Source: Lama glama (Eukaryota). Taken from it: a DNA stretch of 64,000 bases. A program made the translations under genes and the position numbers. Below are positions 14,102-23,949 of the stretch, piece after piece (the stretch's first letter is position 1; each line of letters starts with the position of its first letter). The DNA lies in contig CM052832.1 of assembly GCA_028534125.1 (NCBI GenBank), positions 33,914,001 to 33,978,000 on the forward strand. The letters are read 5' to 3'. Under the pieces are notes generated by a model. It was given only the letters and a program-made list of their open reading frames with translations, ran no database searches and had not been told where the DNA came from.

Positions 14102-14372
14102 CCGCACTGTCCCAGGAGTGCTCACGCACAGCACTGAGCATCCAGAGCCCAGTCTGAACTGAATATGCACGCTGGACTTCAAACGCTTAGTACACAGAAA
14201 AATGATGTAAAATACCTTGATAAGAGTGCACTGAAGTGAGAGTGTACTTATTGTATGTATTGTGTTAAGTAAAACATTAAAATTAGTGTCACCTTTTTAC
14301 TTTTAAAATGTGGCTGATAGACACCGTAGATTGCAGACGTGGCTTCCATCGTGTCTCTGCTGGGCAGCACGG
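14102..14372 (+). mobile_element. MER33-type hAT-Charlie MITE
   Basis: Degenerate terminal inverted repeats (ccgcactgtccca / tgggcagcacgg) and internal cttagtac...atgtaaaata...attaaaatta...tttttacttttaaaatgtggct. Confidence 0.75.
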
Positions 14373-16378
14373 TGTTAGCGAGACTAAGCGTGCGACGTCC
14401 CGCCTGCACTTCCCCGGGTGCACGTGTGTGGTGCGTGTGCAGTTTGCAGTTGCAGGTAACGACGGTGGTCAGCGCTGGAAGCGAGACGTCGAGGGCGAGG
14501 CGGGACCTGTTACTCAAGGGAGCCAGAACCAGCCCCAAAGCTGGATTCCAAAGGTCAGAGTCAGACGGAGGCAGGGCCAGGTGGTGGGGATGGGTTCGGG
14601 GGGCCAGGCTCCAGAAGAGTCCGAGCTGGCTCCCCGGAGTGCGTGGGGGTGGCTGGGGCCACGAGCGGGGAGTGGGCGGCCGGGGGTGTGGGGACACGCC
14701 CCGCCACACCCCAGAGCTTTTCTGCTGCTCCCGCTGGGCTGGGAGCCGCGTCTCAGTGGCTCACCTGGGCCTGTGAGTGGGCGCAGGTAAGTGGAAACAC
14801 CTGGCTGAGGTAGGAGGCTGGGCCGGCTCCAGGGAGCAACCTCTTCTGGGAAGTGTGTTGTGACAATGGTGGTATCAGGGCCAAGTCTGAGCATTTGTTA
14901 AGTCGCAGGGACCTAAGTGCGACTCCATGTCCCAGTCCTGGACCGTGAAGTGTCGCTGCCTTCTTATAACCCCGCCCCCGCCTGGGGTCAAAGGGAAACG
15001 CAGCCGTCCATTCAGGGAAACCACAGGCTGAAGTGCTTGAATTAGAGGCAAATGCAGGCGCCATGGCTCTACTGAAACCGCCAAGCGAGGACGGCCCGCC
15101 CACCCAGACTGCCCTCTCGCAGGGGTTCGGTGCCCTCTTCCCACGGGGGAGCTGTTTCCTTGGGCTGGATCTGGGCTGACCTGTAACCAGCAGTACGTGG
15201 GGAAGGTGGCCCTGGGGCACTTCCAGGCCAAGGCCTCGTGGGGCCATTGGAGGCCATGCAGCTTGTTTTGTACAGAAATGGGGGCTGGATCCGACGAGAG
15301 ACAGGGGCCCGTGGAGAGCTGAGGCCCCTGGCAGCAAGCATGCAGGTAGCCCCGGCCGGTCACCGCGGCCAGCGGCATGGGGAGGGGCGAGCGACCCCAG
15401 CCCTCCGGACCCTGAGCAGCAGGGAGGTTTAGGCCAGCGTTTCGGGAGCCACGGAGGACACCTGGACATCCTTGGTTCCTGTGAACGTTCCTCATTGTTC
15501 CTTTCACACGTCGTCTCACAGTCACATGACCTGGACGCACAGACTTGCTTTGCACTCAGAGTGCGTCGTGCTGAGCGCACCCACGTGTCTGTGGAAGAGG
15601 CTCACGTTGACCTCCAGTCCCGAAAGTCCCACAGAGCAGAGTTCCATCGGGCAGAGCGTGCCTGATTTCCACCACGGCATGGCAGGGAGCTCTGCGGGAG
15701 GAGAGGCCAGGCCCGCCGTCCCAGGCACAGCCCCCTGGCTGAGGGCACTCGGCGTGGACGTCACGCCCCGGGATCCCTGGGCTGTCCTGGGCCACGCTCA
15801 GCGTCACGGGGCCGGAGGCAGAGAGTGCAGTGGGGTGGGTGCGGGTGGAGAGAAGGTCGAAGGGGCTGCGAGCTGCCCCCCTGCAGGTCCCTGCTCCTCC
15901 GTGCTCAGCCGGCAGCAAATGTCCAGCAGTAATGGGGAAGGTGAGTGGGTGTGGGAGAGGCCACGAGGAGGAGAGAATGGGAACGCGTCCCGCGGAGCAG
16001 CACAGAGGGAAACACCTGGACTCAAAGAAATGAGAGGCAGCGCAGTTTTGTTCCATCTGCTGAAAGTCAGAGCAGGTGAACGAGAGCCCATGGGCCAGTC
16101 CTCGGTTTCATGAATCGTGTTTCCTCGGCGCGTGGTCACACCCACTGGTTTGTGTCCCTGGCTGTTTCTGTGCCCCAGCAGGAGAGGTGATCAGTGGTGT
16201 GAGATGTGTGCGGCCTGCAAGCCTGGAGTGTTTACTCTCTGGTGCTTTAAGAAAACGTTTGCAGACCCCTGACTTAAAGGAAATAAATGAAAGAGTTAAG
16301 CTAGAGGTGATCAGGAAAGATGTGGACAAGGAAAAGAAGATCATTCTAGAGACTGAAGCCACATTAGCAAGAAAATTT

Positions 16379-16855
16379 AAGAAGTTATGGTATATTTACA
16401 TAATGGAATACTACTCAGCCATAAAAATGAAATAATGCCATTTGCTGCAACATGGATGGACCTGGAGATCGTCATTCTAAGTGAAGTAAGCCAGAAAGAG
16501 AAAGAAAAATATATGATATTACTTATATGTGAAATCTTAAAAAAAAAGACACAGTGAACTTATTTACAAAATAGAAACAGACTCACAGACATAGAAAACA
16601 AACTTATGGTGACCAGGGGAAAGCGGGTGGGAAGGGATAAACTGGGAGTTGGAGATTTGCAGATGCTAACTACTCTGTATAAAATAGATAAACAACAAGT
16701 TTCAACAACAAGTGTCTTGTAGTAACCTGTAATGAAAAAGAATATGAAAATGAACACATGTGTGTATGTGAATGGCTGAAACACGCTGTCCACCAGAAAC
16801 TAACATGCTGTAAATTGACTGTACTTCAATGAAAAAATTTAAAAATAAAAATAAA
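16379..16855 (+). mobile_element. 5'-truncated, relatively young L1 (end of ORF2 plus 3'UTR and A-rich tail), camelid/cetartiodactyl type
   Basis: ORF2 C-terminal KKLWYIYIMEYYSAIK, then aacatggatggacctggagat...aagtgaagtaagccagaaagagaaag...gaaacagactcacagacatagaaaacaaacttatgg and an A-rich tail. Confidence 0.95.
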
Positions 16856-19630
16856 TGTGAGTCAAAACAGCCAGATGAGCAAGCAGCAGGAAGTCCCCTG
16901 AAGTGATGTGGGAAGGAGCAGAAATATGATGAGGCAGGAGGCATAGACGGGGGAGGCAGAAGGAAAGGAGCCTGGAAAGGAGACGGACACGCGGGAGAGA
17001 GATGTGCTCAAGCAGAAGAAGTAAACACGTGGACAGAGCCAGGTGGCGGCCCAGAAGCCACTTCAGAACGGCCAGCCCAGGACGGGAGCGTCAGGCTTCG
17101 TACTGCTCCACAGCCCAGCGACCTGCGGGCAGCGCCTCTGCTGGCCAGGTGCCGGCCCGGCCTCTTTCCACGCGTGTGGCATCAGCGTCGAAGGCTGTGC
17201 TCACAGCAAGGGCTGGGTAGCTTCCCAAGTTGCCTTTTACTACGTTTGGTGTTTTTATCAGTTTGTTATCTAATGATTTTTTTCCTGCCCAAAACTCTGT
17301 GTCTTTAAAACGGCTGGAAGGGCCTTAATCAAAGGGATCCACGAGCCAGTGTTTTGGCCTGTGAATGAATTGATAGATTGAGTGGCTGGTTTCACACTGA
17401 TGATTTTCTTGATACACTGCCCTTGTTGGTCATTCGGCACCTGTTTGCAACCACGTCAGCGTGAGGGGTCCTTCCCCGGCTAACCCTCAGTCCAACCTGT
17501 GTGGTCCCACGAAGTGCGAGGCCCGGCCCGGGGCTACTTGAAGTCCGGCTTCTGACAGAAAACACCAGGCGGTCATGCTGAAGGCGGCTCCTGAGCAAGG
17601 CTGACAGAGCCAGCCGTGGGGACTGATCCACCCTGGGAATCCTCTCTTGGGAGTTTTCATTTCCGTTTGTTCAGGGGCCTGTGATCTTCGCTGGGATGAT
17701 TTCGTCGGCACTGTTCCCGCTTACACTGCGTGGCGGTGTGTTCAGATTGCTTCTGACAGTAGCCCGTAAAGCAGGCGCGGGGCTGAAACGGCCGCCACCA
17801 GATAAACACGGTTAAACATAAGCTTGGTTAACAAACCTGCTCTCCACGGATGGCAGCTCAGTTAATCAGTGTCCGCGGCTCGGATACTGAGCTGGAGGTT
17901 AATGGCGAGGTGGAAGCAGTTGTCGAATCCAGGTTTTTAAGACAAACACACCTCACACCCCGAAAGGCATGCGTGGAATCAGGCGTGGTCACCGGGCTGT
18001 GCTGGTGCACTTGGCAGTTCTCCTCCAGTGGCCTGGCGGTGAGCCGCCCGAGCCACCAAGTCAAGGAAAGAGGAGGACCTTCACTGCCCGCTTCCGCGTT
18101 CGTGATCTGAATGGCCAAAGAGTCGCTCGGGGGGAGCAGCGTTTGGGGAGGGGGGGTTTAAATGGAAGTTTTCTTTTGACTTCTCTAAATCAGACCTGTA
18201 AACCGGCTAGGTTAGTGACAGTGACAAGAGAGCACACGTCTGAACTGAGCAAACTCTCACAGCCGTCTGGACGTCACCGTCCGACGTCGGGGACTTGGGA
18301 GGCAGGTTTCCCCGGCTCTGTGTGCCTTAAAGGCGAGATGCCACATGTGAGGCGTGGTTCGAAAGCCGCACTGTTTGTTTGCCGTTCAGGGACATTTTTA
18401 TGTGGAAGAGTCCCAAGCCATGGTACATTCCTCAACTGATTGTCCCCCCTCCGCCGTGGGATGGACGAAAAATAAAAAGCAGGCCATGTTCTTGCTCCAC
18501 TGGTGATCTGGTCAGGGCTGAGAGCAAACACGTGCTGAGGAGGTGGGTCGGTCAGTCGTGGCCCCCGGGGCCCTGACGGGATATGGGACGATGCCGTCTT
18601 TTGCCTCGTCCCTTGAGAGCCGAGTCGGCGCGGGGAAACTGACGTCTAAGACACGCGGCCCCAGATCGTTTCTCTAGGCACGAGCCAGGGCTGGTGGCGA
18701 TGTGATCTCAGGCTGTGGCCTGGCCGGGTCCTGGCTCAGATGTCCAGCATGTGGTCAGGAAGGTGGGGAGAGGTGAGCTTCGCCTGGCTTGTGCCATCCA
18801 TCAGGGAGGAAATGGACCAGACCCACGTGTGCAGCTGCAAGGGGGCCGAGCACTGGGCGCTTCCCACACAAGGGCCTTTGTGTCCCAGACAAGGTCTAGC
18901 ACCGCGACGGGCCTCGGCTGTGCGGCAAATTCCTGATCGCGATCAGTCCAGGACACACGGTCATTCATCTTCTAACCCCGAGTGTCACCTGACCGCTCAA
19001 TAACCACCCATTATGCTCGGTGGAAATTTAAACAAAGCCCTTTTCCCTCTGTTGAAACCAGGAATCCCTTCAGTAATAACAAATAAATCTGGAGTCGTAT
19101 GTCCTTCCCTTCTCTGTCCCAGACTGGGGTCTGGGACGCTGTGAACTTTAAAGGAAATGCCTAGAAATGGAGAGGTCAAAGGCCGCAGATCGTCTGAGGA
19201 GAAGGAAAGAGCAGGTCCTCGGTGCCCAGGCCTGTGGAAGTGAGAGGCTCCCTCTGACCGCGACGCCCCTGGGGCTGGGACCAGCACGCGGGAGCTTGTG
19301 CCGGCGTGTGAAGTCGTCCGCCACCAGCCAGGAGCCGTGTGTTCCCTTTGCTCTTAGCAGCCCCTTGCTTTCTCTCTCGTGGCTGAAGATACGATTTCTT
19401 CAAGACCGTTCTAGCACAACATAGCATCTCAAAAGAAATGAAATAAGCTGAGCAGTCCTGAAAGACCTGTTTGAAATGTTATTTTTAGACTGGAAATTTG
19501 AGGAAAACACATTTAATTATATATACTGATCCCTCAGAAAAATGTTCAAATAGGAATTCTAGCCAGAAGCATAATTTAATTTTTCCTAAAAGCTTTGAAA
19601 ATATTTTGAAGAAAACCAAAACACATCTGC

Positions 19631-19666
19631 GTGTGTGTGTGTGTGTGTGCTCGTGTGAGTGTGAGT
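19631..19666. repeat. (GT)9 microsatellite with degenerate extension
   Basis: Direct reading. Confidence 0.9.
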
Positions 19667-20029
19667 GGGAGGCAGAGGCTCAGCTTGGCTGGGGAGGTGA
19701 CCACAGGGCAGCTCGGCCCCAGAGACACCCAGGTGCCGTGTGTTGTCACAGGGAGACCCGGCGAGACCAGGGGTCCACGGCAGGGCCCAGACGGGTTCTG
19801 GGAAGGGGTCCACCAGGGCGGGAACACAGACACCAGGAGAGGCCCCACGGCCTCCGACCAGGTGCCCACGACAGAGGGGTCTCTTGGGGCGTCGCAGCAG
19901 AGCGCCCGGGCCCAGGCTAGGCAGTGCGCGGTCCGCAGACCCGTGCTGGTGGGTGGCCCCGATGCGGCGCACGTGCTGTGCCTTTCTGCATCTCATCGGG
20001 CTTTGGCACTAATATAATTCATGAAAAGG

Positions 20030-20273
20030 GTTTTTATTTTGTTTTTTATTGACGTGTAGTCGATTTACAATGTTCGTTTCAGGTGCACAGAAAAGCAATT
20101 CAGTTACACACGTCCACACATACACACATGTATTTCCAGGTTCTTCTCCACTGAGCTTATTTCAAGAAACCGAGTGTAGCTCCCTGGGCTGCGCAGCAGG
20201 CCCTGCTGTTTGTCTGTTTATGTGTAGTCGTGTGTACCTGTTAGTCCCGAAGTCCTCATCTGTCCCTCCCCTC
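20030..20273 (-). mobile_element. L1 3'UTR fragment (cetartiodactyl type), antisense
   Basis: T-rich start then attgacgtgtagtcgatttacaatgtt...tttcaggtgcacag...gctccctgggctg...tccctcccc. Aligns by eye with the reverse complement of about 16620-16840. Confidence 0.9.
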
Positions 20274-21921
20274 GTGCACAACTTTAAAAGCACTGTGGCT
20301 GAATTCATCAGCTGTGGCCTCTCGGCGCCGAATGGAAGGGCAGACCTTTCACTGGCGTGTACTAAACTCTGCGGCGAGTCAGTGTCGCCCGTCGCTTTTC
20401 AGCGTCGCTGTCCCTCTGCGAGTGCCGCGTCCCCGAGGCCTATGGAATGGCCGGGAATCTCATCTTCCTTAGAACAAAAATACAAACCATTCACGAGAAA
20501 AATGCCGTAAATTCAGGTGAATACAGAGGAATTAAACTTTGTTGGCTGCGTTTTCTGGAAGAAAGTAAGTTGCTTCATTGATTCCAGAAACCTGTTCCTC
20601 AGCTTCCCCGTAGCAGCTGGGGACACTGTCTGACTGTTTTCTTTAAACGTTAGAACAAGAGTTCCGTGACATGATTTGGGGGACTGTTCCAATGAGGTGC
20701 TTATCGGTTTGACCTACTTTGTTTTGAAAAGTGGGTGGGGGGTAATGATAAAAACATTGATTTTTTTTTTTTGGTCTTAGATTTTTCCTAGAGACAGCTG
20801 TCAGATACCAGCTGAAATCCTCATCTTCTGTCGTGTAAACAAAATCTTTGAAATCAGCGTGCCGTTCCAGGTGCTGGGGGAGGGTCTCCGCCTCGTGGGA
20901 CCCTGATTTGGGTCTGACGTGTGCAGCCACGCGCTGCCCACTAGACTTCCTGGTCCCCTTGAAACAGCGGGTCTGCGTGACGCCCCCACCGAGCCGAACC
21001 TCAGACGCTGTGGCTGAAGCCCTGACTCCGCGCACACGTCTTCACCTCCATGTAACTTGTTAACAGCGGTCGTGCCCCTTGTACCTGAGTGTTTCTCCCT
21101 TGAGGTTCTCGATTATCTTGCTTTGGGATGTCACCATGTTGGTAAATTTCCATCTTCATTGCTAAGAACTCTGGTTCTGCTTTTGAGGATGACTATGTGT
21201 CCTGAAGTGATGCTCCCTTACATCCTGTCCACGACACGAAGGAGAATCAGGCAAGGCTCTTTAAACTCTGATTTTCTTAAAGGAACTCTGAAAGGTTATC
21301 CACTGCACATGCTCGTCAATGTCTGGTTCCTTCAACCTGTGGTCCAGGGCCTGCTGCGTGCGGTTCCCCTGGTGCCCCAGACCGACGAGATGCTGCCGCA
21401 TGCTCACCCCCAGCCTACGGCGTCCGGGCTGGGATGTCCCCAGGCGATCCTGACGCAGCTGAGAGCTGAGAGCCAGGACTGTTCGCGGTGGTCAGAATAG
21501 TGTATTAAGTTCATGGTCATCGTCTGGATACACGGGTTAGAGTGTCTAACCCAGGAGGCAGCAGACCTCAGTGGCCAGAGTCGCCGCCCTGGAACCCGAG
21601 GGGGTGACACTTAGGAGCCACGGGTCAGCAGCAGTGAACGCGGCTTCCCAGAGGGGCAGCTGCGCCAGCTGGGGCCAGTCAGATTGCTGCTTTGCTTTGC
21701 TTCGGTGTTGGCTCCTTCGAAGCCTTGCGCCAGCCCTACGGGAGGACCTCTGGTCTCCCGCCGCCCTGTCGGGACTAGCGAGTGCGGACAGACCCCTGCA
21801 GAGGGGTCTCTGGCCCAGGCGGGCCACCTTTCCCCTCGTCCGCACCCAGCTGTGCGCACTGACAGCAGCCCCCCCCCCCGGGGCGTCAGGCACTCCTGTA
21901 ACGGGTCTGCTCTCGTTCCAG

Positions 21922-22040
21922 GCCATGTGGCTGATGCTGCAGAGCGACGAGCCAGAGGACTTCGTCATAGCCACCGGGGAGGTCCACAGCGTCCGGGAGT
22001 TCGTGGAGAAGTCGTTTCTGCACATCGGGAAGACCATCGT
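21922..22040 (+). CDS. GMDS: GMDS internal coding exon (equivalent to human exon 8), 119 nt, phase 0 in / phase 2 out
   Basis: Translates [39 protein letters not shown](V), recognisable as mammalian GMDS. Acceptor ctgctctcgttccag at 21907-21921, candidate branch point gTAAC near 21901, donor GTGAGT at 22041. Confidence 0.98.
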
Positions 22041-22329
22041 GTGAGTGAGCCCGAGGCCAGCCTCTGTCCCCGGCAGACATCCGCGCGCGCTCAACCCCTG
22101 TTCTGTCTTTTCCTCTTTGCTGTCTCGTAAAAGTGCGAAGCGGGGACTCTGCTCCCGTTAAAGTCTGTGTCTAGAGTTGTCACCATCTAAGCTCAGTCTT
22201 CTAAGAATTTTTTTATCTTTTTAATTTTTTAATGTATTTTTAAGATCTTTAACTTTTTAATTTAAAAAATCTTATCATGGTTCATATACGTGGTTTACTA
22301 TGATTTTACTATCAGTAATTCTACCCTTA

Positions 22330-22540
22330 ACACATCCGTGTGATCATGTTACACAAGTTTTTAATACTTCTGCTTTATATTTTTAAAGTATGAAACCATA
22401 CGAAAGCTTCAAATACATCACCAGCAAATTCCTTTTCTCTGAACCACTGAGAGTAGGTTGCCGACCGGAGGCCCCGTCACCATCCACTTCTGCGTGTCCC
22501 CCACTGTCCGCGTGACCGCAGCACAGCCAGCCACATCAGG
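22330..22540 (-). mobile_element. Old L1 (L1MC/MD-like) 3' fragment
   Basis: ttttctctgaaccactgagagtaggttgccgac resembles the remembered tctgaaccatttgagagtaagttgcagac. Confidence 0.45.
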
Positions 22541-22744
22541 AACTTCGCACCCATGGGTTCTGGCGGTCTGAGCTGCGGGCCTCACACGGCTGCTGCCGGC
22601 TGGGCCAGCGCTGCGCTTTATACCAAATGATCACGTACAACGTCTGCTTGCTGCGGTGCACACATTTTGAAGTCAGATTTTTATTGGAATATTTGAAAGA
22701 TTGGGGGGAAATCTTCGTTATAGGTGAAAGATTCTTCTTTTCTG

Positions 22745-23292
22745 GTGATTTTTTTATTGTGGTAAAATATAATGTAAAATTTACCACTTTAATCATTTTT
22801 AAAATTACAATTCAGCGGCATTAACTACATTCACAACGTTATACAACCGTCACCACCATCCACCCACCCACAGAACTCCTTCCGTGCTCCCACACTGAAG
22901 CTCTGTCCCCACTGGACACTGGCCCCCGCCCCCACCCTTCATCGCACTGTCTCCGCGAACCTGGCGGCTCTGGGAAACTCAGGGGTGGAATCATCTGGCT
23001 TGTGTCCCTGAGCACAGAGCCCTCAGGTTCCTTTGTGCTGTCGCAGGCGCCAGCATTTCACTCCTGGGTGGGGCTGAGTGGTGCTTCCGTGTGTGGACGG
23101 GCCTCGTTCTGCTTGTCCGTCATCTGCTGTTGGACACCTGGGCTGCCTCCCGGGTCTGGCTGCAGTGAGTAACGCTGCTGCAGACGTGGGTGTGCAAATA
23201 CCTGCTCCGGCCCCTGCTTTCAGTTCTTTGGGGCGTATTCTGGGGAGTGGAATTGCTGGGTCACATGGTAATTCAGTGTTTAACTTCTTGAT
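22745..23292 (-). mobile_element. L1MA/MB-type 3' end, antisense
   Basis: ttttattgtggtaaaatata...aaaatttaccactttaatcattttt...cattcaca...ggacacctgggctgcctcc...gggtgtgcaaatacct...ggaattgctgggtcacatggtaattc. Confidence 0.88.
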
Positions 23293-23949
23293 TCACTTTT
23301 AAAATACAAGGAAGAACGTCCTCTTCCAGCTATGAAGGAATAACAGAAATCAGATGAAACCTTCTGTCTTAAAGTGGGAAACAGTATAGAGTGTGTCAAG
23401 CCGCCGTTGGACGTGGCAGTGCAGGGCTGTGATCCCGGGCAGCACAGAAACCAAAGAGGCGGGCCTGCAGCCCCCGGCGCCCTCCCTGGGCAGAGTCCCC
23501 ACCCGGGAGCCTGGAGGGCACCTCTGGTCGAGAAGAGCGGTTTGGCCGAGTCGAGGAGGTAGAGGTCAGAACGCAGACAGCCTCGGGCACCCGGACGTGT
23601 GCGCAGACGTCTGGGAAGGTGGGCTCTGCAAAGAAAAAGAGCTCCAGAAACCCACTGCGTCTCCACCGAAGAGGACGAAGATGTTCCGCAGCTTGGACGA
23701 TGCCTGCCTGGGCGCTGGAACTGAGGGCTTCCTCGCGCTCACCGGGCCTGGGAGGCGTCTGCGCTCCGACCAGCCCTGGTGGGAGGCCGGGTGCGCACCG
23801 GAGGGAGTGGTACGGCTTCCGGAAGAGCTGAGCCTCAGGCACGGGACGGCCCCTCGAGCAAAGGCTGCTCTCAACCCAGGCTCTCAAAGTCTACATGCAA
23901 ACTTCAGAAGAATCATCTGGACACAGGTAACTGAGCCTCCTGCCACAGC

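Larger units (their letters stand above)
1..21921 (+). other. GMDS: 3' part of the long GMDS intron upstream of exon 8
   Basis: Ends at the AG acceptor. The preceding exon (...DWGHAKDYVE) was not seen in the window. Confidence 0.85.

Noticed and set aside
14784-14792. Perfect donor CAG|GTAAGT as an exon end or recursive splice site
   Set aside because: No polypyrimidine tract precedes the AG and there is no convincing upstream acceptor. One such 9-mer in 64 kb is plausible by chance.
14753-16113. Long ORFs (213-275 aa) here, and similar ones at 23393, 30194, 50938 and 55223
   Set aside because: They have the Pro/Arg/Gly/Ala-rich composition expected of stop-poor GC-rich DNA, overlap on both strands and show no recognisable domains.
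21571-22044. 157-aa ORF ending in GMDS sequence, as a standalone gene or N-terminal extension
   Set aside because: Only the last 40 codons are GMDS. The upstream part is intronic open frame starting at a GTG and crossing a canonical acceptor, and the stop lies in the donor site.
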